64,000 bases of DNA from Octopus sinensis (Eukaryota). Shown piece after piece: positions 24,560 to 36,960 of this stretch (the first letter of the stretch is position 1; each line of letters begins with the position of its first letter). The notes under the pieces are model-generated. The model was not told the DNA's origin and did not search any database. It saw nothing but the letters and a program-made list of their open reading frames with translations. The DNA is taken from the NCBI RefSeq assembly GCF_006345805.1, contig NW_021835474.1:1-64000 (forward strand), read 5' to 3'. The translations under genes and the position numbers were made by a program.

Positions 24560-25800
24560 AATGCGGTTAACTAGTTGATTTAATCAACCGGTCATGCGCA
24601 TTACGATCAGGAGTGTCCAAAATGTTGATAGTTTCGTTAGTATCATAGTTACGTGTCGGGTATAGCACATTATCAAAATTAAGGTCAACATAGAAGTCAC
24701 TGCTTACGTAATCAATCTGGTGATCATAGTTTGGGGCAGTCGGAGATAAGTTATTGTCTGTGTTAGCCATGCTGATACTGTTGGATTTCTCGGACATAAC
24801 TGGTTTACTGAATATAGTTGAAACTTGCCAATAAGAACAAGTTACAGGAGAATAATTAGGAGCCCTATTCACATGTGCATCTGCTTTGTCCCTATTTAGG
24901 AACAATTTACTTTGTTTATGATGGTTAATAGCAGTTATGATATCTGCTAAATTGGGCGCACTTGAAAATGAAAGTTTAATAGTGTGTTTATTGAATACCT
25001 TGCTTTATTTACTGGGGGCAGGGAAATTACTCTGTAGTACCCTAATTCTTTTTTTTTTGTTTTTTAGTTATTTGCGAAACGAAATTTATTGTATAAGGAG
25101 AATTATACGAGATCTCCCTCTTACTCAACCGACGGTTAACGATCAATGGTCAAGTACTGGCATTGTTGCTGACGTTATTCTTGGTTTGGCTGCAGTGTTT
25201 TACTCAGGTTTTAGTGCGCTGGTCTTGCTCAGAAGCCAAATTAGAGTTTACTCTTTGAGTACCTAAACTTATCAGAGGATTTGGGTATATTTAAAGCATT
25301 ATGTATTTGCATTTTTCCAAGATTTATAATAGTCATTATGGCCAGTTACGTTTTTAGATAAAAATTTATTGATCTCAGTATTAGAAGTAATTAAGTTACC
25401 GTTCACTGAACTTACCTTAACCTCAATGTTTTTATAATGGATATTTAGATGAGATATAAAAATATCCCCTTTTCATATTGCACATTATTCAGATGATTTT
25501 AAAGTGACTTCGAATGACTGTTAGTTACTTTAACCAAAATGGGAGTTATTTGAGTTGGGAATAAAAAAATTATATACAGCTCTACCTAAAGCTCATTAGC
25601 AGTTAATTTTGAAATTATAGTGGAAACACCCTTAATCATAGAATTTATTATGCTTCTAGGATGGTTTAAAAATATATTCAGTTACTTAAAATTTTTGTTT
25701 GGTGAATGGAAAGGAAAGGACAGGTCAATATTCAACTACAAAGTAACATCAAGAAATTTGCAACTTTGAGGTTGTTTTCAATAGAAATTCACATTAAAAA
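24560..25800 (-). mobile_element. Degraded Penelope-like fragment (RT thumb/linker)
   Basis: NFLDVTL, NHPRSII, KVFNKHTIKLSFSSAPNLADII on the minus strand. Confidence 0.6.
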
Positions 25801-26883
25801 ATTTTTTTTAATATCCTACTTGAGTCGCGAATCAAGAAAAGTGTATCGTACCTAAATAGACCACCCAAAAGATTTGGTAAATGTCCATATAGACAATGCA
25901 AAATATAAATTCTAAACCAAGTCGGTTACTTGCACTGAGTCATTTGATCCCATCGTTATGTGGATGCTATTTACTCTTTTCCTAGTCGACAGTTTGAAAT
26001 CAAATTCAATTACTGTACGCCTAATGCTAAGAACAGTAGTAGTTCATGCAGGCATAGCGTGGATTCGATCCTCAGTAACTAAATTTCACTTAACAGTTCA
26101 ACAGCACTTTTCTCACGGTAAAACAATAGTTTTGTGTGAGTGACAGCATTATATTTGCAAGATACCTTCGCTAAGCAGAATAATGCCGTTGCTACTTGAC
26201 CATTCTAACCTCTTCTAGGCCACCAAAAGCTAGAATAGAGATAACAGACCGCCAACGAAATCTATTGTTCTCAACAATATGCCTCTCCTTCTAACTAGTT
26301 TGGATAATTATAAATACTAAAACACCGTAGGAAAAAGTTAGTGGGCAGAAAAGGAGATGACGCAGAGGCGACCACAGGCAGAATCCAGTAACTGAGATAT
26401 TCAACTGAGAGAAGGCTTATAGTAAGAATATCAACTATGATCAACTTTGATACGGTGTCTTATCACAACACCACTGCTGTTTAAATGTCAGGCACCATGA
26501 AGGTATCATTTTATCGATTCCCTACACTTAACATCCAGTCTATCTTCCTCTATTTCCTAGTTAGGCAGCTAACAGTTGACCAAACGTAAACAGCAACAAC
26601 ATACAAAGAAAGATAACTCTATTGTTTTTATATGATACACACGCCTGTCCGTCGTGGTATGGCATATATTGAAGTGACAGTAAATAAATATTTCGTTACA
26701 ACTTCAATCACTGTCCTTCTTCCATCTTGCACACTGGCAACCAACACCTTAACAACAACCGTTACGGAACTATATCTATTACACTACGATCTGCTTCCGC
26801 TAGGATGGCAACTTATGCCCTTCTCCCTTTCAACTTCACAAATGGTTTCGATTCAGGTGTCTTGGGGAAATTTCGAACCCCAA

Positions 26884-26929
26884 GACACCTGAAGAAGGCT
26901 GGAGGGTATATCAGCCGAAACGTTGTGTT
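26884..26929 (+). ncRNA. Minimal type-I hammerhead-like motif (Penelope-type)
   Basis: GACAC-CTGAAGA-A-GGCTG(10 nt)CAGCC-GAAAC-GTT-GTGTT: core boxes, stems I and II, palindromic AACGTT. Confidence 0.55.
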
Positions 26930-27149
26930 AACAACAAACAAGATGAAGATTCCGTCGAATGTAAATAATATAAATAATGCAAATAATGTACGTCTCTGAC
27001 CTATCGCTTATTCCAAACAGTTGAACAAAATGCTATTGGGACGCCGCACATGTTTACTTGAAACGGTCTTCATCGAACAGCTTTCGTTTCTTCTAATTTT
27101 AGCGCACGAATTCTAACTCTGGAAATGCAACCTTTGTATTTCATGTTAA

Positions 27150-27900
27150 AGAAATGGTCGAGGGCCATTCTTGCTGCTCGGCTGCTGGCCACGATGCTTT
27201 TCTTATCATCTTTTCTAGCCCACTCATTAGCTCCCTCTCTAATATATTTCTCTCTATCACTATCTTCTTGCTAAGTGATTACAGCTCATATTTCCCGCTT
27301 CGAGGTGGTGGTGCTCCTCACCCTCTTAATGTTTATGATTGCCCCCATCAAATACTGCTTGACTAGTTTGTCAATCCGGTTTCTATAGACTTTGCGCATT
27401 CAACATCCAGTAACTTGGCCCTAGTCTATAAGTTCTATCTGTGCAGACCACAAATTTGTGACCTGTGTAGCTGATTTCTTTAAAATGTGGATATCCAGTG
27501 GCATCTCTTTGCTAACATGACAAATACTCTAAGTATAATTTGGATGACCTATTTTAGTCGCTCTAAGTCCACTCTGGTGCATTCAGGAAATCTAGCCAGT
27601 ATATGTCAGACAGTTAGAAGCATTTTGAGCAGGTTTTCAAGGCTTTTGCACCTCCTTCTCATATGGATTAACCCTACACAATCCCATTGTGCATCTAAAT
27701 CAAATCCCCAGCGGATTTAAGAAGCGGGATGTTTTCAGGAACGTTTCTTGACGTCGTCTTACCCCAGTAGGTGCGTAGACGGCCACGACTTTCAAGGTAC
27801 TGACTTTAAAATCATCCTTATCCAATACTACCGAATTACTACGTGGATTTATGAAGCTTCTCTGTACTGCTTAACCTAATTCTTTCCGGAAGGAAAAGCA
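27150..27900 (-). mobile_element. Degraded Tx1-like endonuclease fragment
   Basis: LKVVAVYAP, WDCVG, SYTGHKFVVC, GPSYWMLN align with ORF2 of the element at 57.6-62.9 kb. Confidence 0.55.
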
Positions 27901-28059
27901 CTGCTGCTCCACCACCCGTTCCCGTCAAACCTTAAGGTGAGTACGCTTTGTAGAAGTAAAAAAATGAAGTTTTATGCGTTACACAAATGTTGGTTTCTGT
28001 AATGGCTACTACATCTATGTCAAGTCATCTGAGGTCATTGAGGAAGTAACCTTAATTCC

Positions 28060-28600
28060 AAGTTGAGCCCAGATCACAAGACAATACAATGTGGGCTTAC
28101 ACAAAAAACATGTAAGCAAAAAAAAAAAAAAAAGCAAAAAGAGAAAATCCAGAAAAGTTCAAAGTAAAATCCCCTAAAATGGGGAAACCTCCGAGGACTA
28201 CTCGTGGAAACCCCATAAAATCATAGTGACCTTGGCCACTAGGGAAAATGCTCTCACTCTGTCCTCTGACCTACAGGTACATGCTCAGTGCAGGCCGCTC
28301 ACTTGGGCCATGCTCATTATTCTCATTCCTCTTTCAACTAATTAGCTGAGAGGGAGCACTTCCCTCTCAACCTTCATTTTCTTTTTCAAATAAAACTTGA
28401 AGAAGTTGGTGTGAGTTTGGTCGCAGATGGAGGTACCTGTCTCCAGCTGTTTCGGTCTCGTCTACCACAACAACTTCTTTCGCTAAACCCACCAGACAGA
28501 CAGACAAAACCTGCATGACCTTTCCGGTCAAAGGAAGGCAGTGAGACAATCTTTACAATGGACTCAGTTGAAACTCGGCTGTATATATCTATGTAACATT
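28060..28600 (-). mobile_element. Tx1-like 3' fragment in MCT-A intron 1 (paralogous copy at 54060-54620)
   Basis: STESIVKI, LAKEVV, FFKFYLKKKMKVEREVL resemble the ORF2 C-terminus of the full element. Confidence 0.65.
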
Positions 28601-28820
28601 TTGGAGCTTTCAGACACCGGAGCCTATGCCAGCATTATGAAACAGCTCTCTCTGTGGGTTTTTGGGTAGCCGCCAACCGTGTGTGATGTGGATTATTTTT
28701 ATTGGTTACCAGATAACAGTTTGATGTAGTTTGTCGGTTACCGATATGCATCTACTGTAATCAATTATAAAATACTTAAAATCACTAATAAATTAAAATA
28801 AAAACGAAAATACTAATTAC

Positions 28821-29011
28821 CTTACAGGTTGATCGGATTTAACATTGAGATCTGATTCTCGATTTGTGCATTCATCATCTTCACAAAATCCGGGATTCAC
28901 ACCTTTCTGGGGACATGTCTCTGTTGCAACTTCAGTGAGATTTCTCTTCCCTTCTTCTAGTTTAGCATTTAGTACGTTTACTTGGATAATAATTTCGTTA
29001 TCGTTGGTCAT
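28821..29011 (-). CDS. SLC16/MCT-like transporter copy A, exon 1
   Basis: ATG MTNDNEII...QPV, AG|gtaatt donor in phase 2 that matches exon 2; conserved in copy B. Confidence 0.7.
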
Positions 29012-29146
29012 TTTCGGACTAAACCTCTATGGCTTGTTTTTCTGTGTGAGTGACTGTATGTATGTTTTGTATGTACGTATGCGGATTGGTGTCCCACCAC
29101 TGATGGTCTCATCGAAGAAATAAACACAATATTTCCTCTTCTTATG

Positions 29147-29154
29147 TTTATATA
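29147..29154 (-). promoter_or_regulatory. Candidate TATA box of MCT-like copy A
   Basis: TATATAAA ~135 bp upstream of the ATG, in a block conserved with the copy B upstream region (where it reads TATATAGA). Confidence 0.35.
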
Positions 29155-29655
29155 TCCAAGAAGCTCCCCACCACCAAATTGTTCTTATGAAAAACAAAAA
29201 GACAAAAAAAAAAAAACGAAAATTTTAATGATATTCAAAAGCATGCTGAAATGAGGCAATACCTGGGTAAATAATTCTCAGGTTACAAGACTGAGGCCCT
29301 TGAAACAATTAGCAGCTTATTTCATCACAACACTATCAGCCAATATTCTCGATTTATCAATTCAACAACAGAACTCTAAAGTTAATTTATTTCATATTGT
29401 TTTTCTTATCTACTATTTCCCGTTTTTGTCATACTTTTCTCTGAAATCTGGTGCTGACTTATTCGAAGCAGATACAAAACCAGTATTGTCTAGTTGGTTG
29501 CGCTTAAACAAGGTCAGGAACCATACAGAGAAGCTTTTACAAGACTTTTTAAATCGAACTGGAAGCCGTTCACCCGACTTCATTAGACGCAATGTTTAAC
29601 TCCTTTCGACTACCCTCACTAGACATAATTATTGCATGAGAACCTTTAGTTAAAA

Positions 29656-29952
29656 CTAGCAGTATCGCCCGGCGTTGCTCGGGTTTGTAAGGGAAATAAC
29701 TATATAAGCATTTTTAGAGAGTTATAGCCAAAAAATAGCAAAAAAATGCATTAAAATGGAAAAAAATGATGGTAAATTTATTTTAATCGTAGACTCATCG
29801 TAGACGCGCGCTAATACCCAGAAAGGCTCGATATGAATCACGACTATAAGATACTCGGTTTTGGTTAAACTGCACCGCTAAATGTGGGAGTAGTTAGGAA
29901 TCTAAATCGTAGGAGACAGACAGACACACAACCTCACTTTTATATATAAAGA
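29656..29952 (-). mobile_element. Non-autonomous Helitron
   Basis: 5' TC, 3' hairpin CCCGAGCAACGCCGGG followed by CTAG; family copies at 37258-37640, 45699-46094 (+), 49886-50254 and 51499-51807. Confidence 0.8.
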
Positions 29953-30254
29953 TATATCAATCATTCATCAATAATATGCTTCAGTTAATGGATAAAAGGA
30001 ACATAAGCATCCACCTTTAGAAGTCCCTTACCGTTTTTCCCTTTCTGTTTTCTTGAATGTTATTCTCATTTTTTCTCTCCCTCGTATTTCTTCACGGAGA
30101 AGCTATATTATTTGACCCTGAACAATTTCTGAATCGTGCACAGCACGCAATCCAAGCTCGTCCAGTTACTACCCTATCCGAATATGAAATGCGAAGTAAC
30201 TCACGTACAACTCCTGCATTCATTAAACGATATTGTGCATCTTGACCACTTCAT

Positions 30255-31031
30255 TACATTGAATTTTGCATAAAGATCTCCATATGCAAGCGTACAAAAT
30301 TCACCTTACGCAGCAGCATCTTCAGCCACCTGGCCACGGGAGGCGGAGGAAATTTGCTGATTTGGTTGTGGAGAGACTTGCAGTTGAAGAAAATTCTGCG
30401 AAGAAAATCATCTTCAGTGACGAGGCCCACTTCCACTTGAATGGATTTATCAATAAACAGAACTGCAAGATTTGAGGAAATGAAAGTCCTCAAATAATGA
30501 GGATTTTCATGCCTGAAATGCATCGTCTGTGTCTTGTGTGGTGAGGTTTTTGAACAGGTGGAGCGCTTGGACCGTTCTTCGTTGAAAATGATGAGTGGAA
30601 TGCAGTTACCATTAATGGAGAACGTTACCGAGAGATGATATCCACTCAGTTATGGCCGAACTTGGAAGATACAGAGATTTAGCAGGATGAATCGACCTGT
30701 CACACTTCGCGCCAAAAGCTTGTATTACTCCAGGAAAATTTTCCGCAATTTGTGATATCCTTGTATGGTGACCAGCAATGACCACCAAGGCTGAAATCAG
30801 ATGTGTGATTGGAGGTATCGATCCACACATCTGTGAGAGAGTTATCGGAAATTTCGAGGAGCGCATAAATGTATGCAGACTCAGTGCAGTTGGACATATG
30901 ATCGACATTGTGCTCCATACCTAAACGGGAGACACAACTCGTTAGAAATATGCAGAATATAATCATGTTTATAAGAATTCGTTTTAATTATTCACCTTTC
31001 AAATCCGGTGCCCTTTATGGGACACCCTGTA
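30255..31031 (+). mobile_element. Tc1/mariner-superfamily element, 5'-truncated and internally deleted
   Basis: YKIHLTQ, IIFSDEAHFHLNGFINKQN, VTINGERYREM; right TIR GGGACACCCTG followed by TA. Confidence 0.8.
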
Positions 31032-31301
31032 TAAAGTAGTCGTTGGTTAGGGCCAGTCAGAAAGGTACTATTGGTCTCATGCCTATCGTCACTCTTAGCA
31101 ATAAAAGCAACTCGCCAGACATGCTGGCTGGAGGCACATAGCCTTTCCACAGAGTGATGGTCGTTCTTCACAGACCTAGTAAGAACACTGTAATTACCAT
31201 TAATGGTGCAGATGTGTCTTGTTGAATCCTCATTAATCGAAGCGATAGGGCATTTCAGCATCTGTCTGCGTGCCTGTCTGTCTGTCTGTCTGTCTGTCTG
31301 C

Positions 31302-31364
<63 letters not shown>

Positions 31365-31757
31365 AAACCGAGGGAGTTAAGTGTGTGAATCAAGGCTTTC
31401 TTAAATTTCCCCAGGGTGTGCCCATTCGCACTTCAAGAGATGCTTAAAACATCATCTCTTACTTAAGGTGTCATGTATACATGATCCTATAAGGTCGCAG
31501 GTATCCGCGCTGTCGAATTCTCCTATTGCCACATCAAAGGAGACTTTTGGATCAGTTTATTTGACCCAGGCCGAACCTTTATTGAACAGCAGGGTTTTCT
31601 GGGGTGCATTATTTACCCAAATGTCCCTATTACTAACATCATTAGCGAAAATCAGCGCCATTTTTAGTAATCCTTACAATATAGATGGAAAGAGCACTGT
31701 ATCAAACTGGGTGAACTTTGCTCTGTCCAAGCTTTTCTTCAAAATCCTGAGCCCCAA

Positions 31758-31890
31758 TAGGTTCTCTGGCGTAATCTTTTCATGTAGGCACACATTTTAT
31801 TCCTCGTTTGCCCATTATATAAAGTCTCTATAATTTTTCCTAATTTCGATCCAGCCCTAACTTAACACTTAGCTATGCTAGCATCATGCC

Positions 31891-31931
<41 letters not shown>

Positions 31932-32938
31932 TTCTTTTTTTACCTTTCTCCATAGCTTAGCAATAGTTGTTCGCTTTTTTGATGAACAATCGTTTAACAT
32001 AAATATTAACCTACCTTTAATAAATCCACAATTAAAATCCAAATAAAATCCTATCTAACAACACCAAATTTGGGATCCGTAATTGCCCCCACTAATAGAC
32101 GCAACTTAAGCCACATTACGGTGGACTTTACGTTTTATCCTCCTGGATCCCATACCAACCCACCTGATAATAATAATACAACACTTGGTAACCCTACCTG
32201 ATTCAATAATACCAACCATGGTACTACTGCTCCTACTACCAGCAACTTGACCATACATAACAGCGGTGACATGCTGTGTCAGCCCAATACTGGTAATGAT
32301 AGCACCTCCGGTTTTTCTTTAAAGACAACAGACTAGATAAATCGGAACGGAATAGGGATCAATCCTAGGCCCACCGCTGGTGGGAAAATCGCCAATTGAG
32401 GGGTCTCTCAACATTGTCCGCTGGATGGTTTCTGCTTACGCTATAATGTAGTGTATAAATGTCGGGTAATAACACTACGTTCCCACCGAGCTAGGGTCTT
32501 CATTGGTAATACTGTTGATTTCAAGAGCTGCTACCGAGATCAAATAAATTTGTTCTCAAATCGAGGAGTTAAACTCTCAACCTCCCTAGCTACATACACA
32601 TACATAACCTCAAGTTTCGAAATATTCCCTATATCTTATCCTGGTCCATAGTCTGCAAGGCTCCCCCGTAAATTGTGTTCATGGGAGTTGCTCACTATCC
32701 TTCACCAATACAACCTCTCATTACTCATTAGGTTCTCTGGCGTAATCTTTTCATGTAGGCACATATTTTATTCCTCTTTTGCCCTTTATATAAAGTCTCT
32801 ATAATTTTTCCTAATTACGATCCAGCCCTAACTTAACACTTAGCTATGCTAGCATCATGCCCCTTCTCCCTCTTCTTTTTTTACCTTTCTTCATAGCTTA
32901 GCAATAGTTGTTCGCTTTTTTGATGAACAATCGCTTAA
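31758..32938 (+). mobile_element. Penelope-like GIY-YIG fragment bounded by direct repeats (pseudo-LTR arrangement)
   Basis: CPLDGFCL..VVYKCRV...VFIGNTVDFK...STSLATY...SCRH; repeats at 31758-31997 and 32729-32938. Confidence 0.7.
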
Positions 32939-32939
32939 T

Positions 32940-34565
32940 GTCAAGGATACTCTTCTGGATGCAGTTGCAATAGAAAATGGTTCGTCTCAGGGTTTGTACG
33001 ATTCTGTCAAGTCTACGTTTACAAAAGAAGATGTATCTATGAGCAACATACTTGGATTTGCCAGCGATAATTGCTCAACAGTGATGGGTAACAAGAGCGG
33101 GTTTCAAAACTTATTAAGAAACGATATTCCGACTGTATTTACAATAGGCTGTGTTTGCCATTCGTTTGCACTTTGTTCAAGTCATGCAGTGAAGGTGTTA
33201 CCTTCGTATCTCAAATCCTTTTTAAAGGACTTCTTACTTTTCTCGAAGTGGTAAACGTCAAAACGACTTCAATATGATAAAAAGTGTTGTTGGCACAAAA
33301 GAAAAAAGATTCCAAAGCTTTCGCAAACTCGATGGTTGTCGCGTGAAAATGTAATTAACTTTATAATAGAGCAATGGAATGCCCTTGTTCTTTATTTTCA
33401 GTGTGAGGCTAAAGTAGGAAAAGTGGACGGAGCAAAAAGGATCTCTATGAAACAATGATTAACAAAAGGACGAAGCAAATCTGCTCTTCTTACATTATAT
33501 ATTAAAGAAAGTAAATGCTCTTAATGTCGAGTTTCAATCGGAACACTTTCGACTGCATCTGTTGCATACACTCGCATCCAGCGAATATAAAAGTATCCTT
33601 GGTTGCTTTATAAAAGAAGACGTTTTAGCTGTATCTAAATTATCAGATACTGATCTTAATAACACAACAAATCACAAAGGTATCAGTGATGTTTACCTCG
33701 GTGGACACGCGATAAGATATCTAGAACAAAATCCCATCGTTGGTGACTCAGCTGAATTCAAAAGTGATTTTTAATAGAATTATGCTCTCAAATAAAAATG
33801 CGCTTTCCTCTTGATGAAGCTGGAATGTTTGGCCTTCTAGAAATACTTGATTCAAAAGTAGCGCGCGATCTCACTAACTCTCCTAAGTCGACAATTCCCT
33901 TGGTATCAAACTTTCCAGCTATTGCACTAGAAAACACACTTGATGAACTAGACGATGTGTGGAGATTATTTCGGCAATATAAAAATATTCCAGTTTCCTC
34001 AAAAAGCATCCCTGAACTCTAGTATTCCATACGCAATCTAAAAGACGGGTTTGACCACTCTAAATTTGAGAGGCAGTTACAATTCATGACTAATTTAACG
34101 GTGTTACCTCATTCATCAGTGTGTGTAGAGTAAATTTCACAGAGTTCACTAATAGGTTGAAGGCTGAAACGATTACCGATCGTCTGCTCGCTAAACAAGC
34201 AATTACAAGAAAGGGAACATTATGCATTTCTTGGGAGCCGAACGCTAAACTTATTAAAGACGTTGTAGGTGGGTCTTGTCATCGTAGATTGAACTTCAAA
34301 AAGGAAGAAAACGAGTCTATCACCATTGAAGGAATGAATGAAGATGATGTGGATATGTACGAAATTGACAATTAGCTGCCATATGATATAAAGTAAGTAT
34401 TAAATTCTGTATTCATTTTGTCTTATAACATATTTTATCATTAAATTATAATAAGAGATTACCAATTATATACCTATTTCCTAACATCTGGGATTATAAA
34501 ACAGGATCTGGGTTTTTTGCAGCAAATAATCTAGGTGTTTTATTATTTGATGAGTGGAAACCTTG
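32940..34565 (+). mobile_element. hAT-superfamily transposon, 5'-truncated pseudogenised transposase
   Basis: GFASDNCSTVMG, CVCHSFAL (CxxH), LSQTRWLS, LPHSS, NRL; putative right TIR GTGGAAACCTTG near 34554-34565. Confidence 0.8.
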
Positions 34566-35281
34566 GTACTAACACAACATCTACGTTAAGTTGGATATAA
34601 TGATTGCCTTTTCGTATTAATACTGCTTCTGTAGCTATCAATTATTTTCAAATAAACCCGCTGGCTATTTGCACTACTAGTGCCTGGGTAGATGTTGATA
34701 TTCTATATATCGTTGACAAGGAGATTCGGCTGTTATGTCGCTACTGGATATCTGTTACTGAGGAACCCAGGCAGGACGAAATCACATGATCTGGCAGTTC
34801 TGGCAGCCGTAGCAGTCAGTCCTCGTTTGCCTATGATATAAACATGAGTGCTTTTATACACTTATATGTATGAGTTCATTATTTTATTCATTTTTAGAAA
34901 AATTGAAGCATATCTTTGACAATTCCAGATTGTATTGAACTTATTTTGTGCGTGACTTTTTGTCCACTCAGTCTCTCTCTCTTATATATATAATATATAT
35001 ATATAATATATATATAGCATGGCCACAGTTACATGACTGAAACAAGTAAAAGAGTAAAGAGAGTATATATATATATATATGTGCGTATTTGTGAGTCGCT
35101 TGACAACCGATGCTGGTGTGTTTACGTCCCCGTAACTTATCGGTTCGGCAAAAAAGAGACCGATAAAATAAGTAATAGGCTTACAAAGAATAAGTCCTGG
35201 GGTCGATTGCTCGACTAAAGGCGGTGCTCCAGCATGGCCACAGTTACATGACTGAAACAAGTAAAAGAGTAAAGAGAGTAT

Positions 35282-35313
<32 letters not shown>

Positions 35314-35329
35314 CTCTCTTTACTCTTTT

Positions 35330-35379
<50 letters not shown>

Positions 35380-35380
<1 letters not shown>

Positions 35381-35582
35381 TCTCTTTACTCTTTTACTTG
35401 TTTCAGTCATGTAACTGTGGCCATGCTGGAGCACCGCCTTTAGTCGAGCAAATCGACCCCAGGACTTATTCTTTGTAAGCCTATTACTTATTTTATCGGT
35501 CTCTTTTTTGCCGAACCGATAAGTTACGGGGACGTAAACACACCAGCATCGGTTGTCAAGCGACTCACAAACACGCACATAC

Positions 35583-35630
<48 letters not shown>

Positions 35631-35775
35631 GACGGGCTTCTTTCAGTTTCCGTCTACCAAATCCACTCACAAGGCTTTGGTCGGCCCGAGGCTATAGTAG
35701 AAGACACTTACCCAAGGTGCCACGCAGTGGGACTGAACCCGGAACCATGTGGTTCGTAAACATGCTACTTACCAC
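35380..35775 (-). mobile_element. Third-family SINE, preceded by an inverted duplicate of its 3' half (35085-35280)
   Basis: Family match; both arms share private variants. Confidence 0.8.
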
Positions 35776-35951
35776 ATAGCACACACAATATTGTGTATAC
35801 AAGGTATGTGTTTTGCTAGTTCGTGGGTAGGCTGTGCTTATAGGTGTACGAGAATATATTCTCTTCAATGCGCCTGGTGTTAAACAGTACGAGTGAAAAC
35901 TACAAATAATATGGGTAGCTTATTAACAATTTAACAACCTAAAGGCAAATT

Positions 35952-36452
35952 TATAGACGTCATTGAAGTGATACAGGGTACTCAGTAGTACTAACATTGC
36001 TAGAAATAAGAGTCAAAACAACTTAATAGCTACAGAAGCACTGTCTTAATGAGTGACAAGGGGAGACAAGTTCCCCAGCGGACATAGCCGGGTCACCGGT
36101 GATTTCAAATTTTGATGCAGAGCATCTTAATTCTCATCGATGGCTCTTATCGCGCCTAGGGTTAAACTCAACTCCCTTACCATTTATGAAATCAGTGTAT
36201 GAGTTCAATGGTTTTCTTATAAGCCGACAAGGTGAGTTGAGTTTAACCCTAGGCATAAGAACCACCGATGAGAGTTAATATGCTCTGCATAAAAATTTGA
36301 AATCACTGGTAATCTGGCTATGTTCCCTAGGGAACTTGTCTCCTCTTGTCGGTCATTAAAATAATGCTTCTGTGGCTATTGAGTTGTTTTGACTCTTATT
36401 TCTAGCAATGCTGGTACTACTTAGTATCCTCTGTCACTTTAGAGATGTCTAT
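35952..36452. repeat. Long diverged inverted repeat (~230-bp arms, ~47-bp spacer)
   Basis: For example ctagaaataagagtcaaaacaact / agttgttttgactcttatttctag and cctagggttaaactcaactc / gagttgagtttaaccctagg. Confidence 0.85.
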
Positions 36453-36539
36453 ATATGTATATACTGGTTAGTTGTTCACCCCCAAATCACTCTGAAATTA
36501 CTTTTTGTGTAGTTACATTTTATGTATTTCAGTAGTATA

Positions 36540-36960
36540 TAGGCGCAGGAGTGGCTGTGTGGTAAGTAGCTTGTTTACCAACCACATGGTTCCAGGTTCA
36601 GTCCCACTGCGTGGCATCTTGAGAAGTGTCTTCTGCTATAGCCTCGGGTCGACCAATGCCTTGTGAGTGGATTTGGTAGACGGAAACTGAAAGAAGCCTG
36701 TCGTATATATGTATATATATATATATATGTGTGCGTGTATGTTTATGTGTCTGTGTTTGTCCCCCTAGCATTGCTTGACAACCGATGCTGGTGTGTTTAC
36801 GTTCCCGTCACCTAGCGGTTCGGCAAAAGGGACCGATAGAATAAGTACTGAGCTTACAACGAATAAGTCCCGGGGTCGAGTTGCTCGACTAAAGGCGGTG
36901 CTCCAGCATGGCCGCAGCCAAATGACTGAAACAAGTAAAAGAGTAAAAGTGTAAAAGAGT
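36540..36960 (+). mobile_element. Third-family SINE
   Basis: Full-length family match. Confidence 0.88.
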
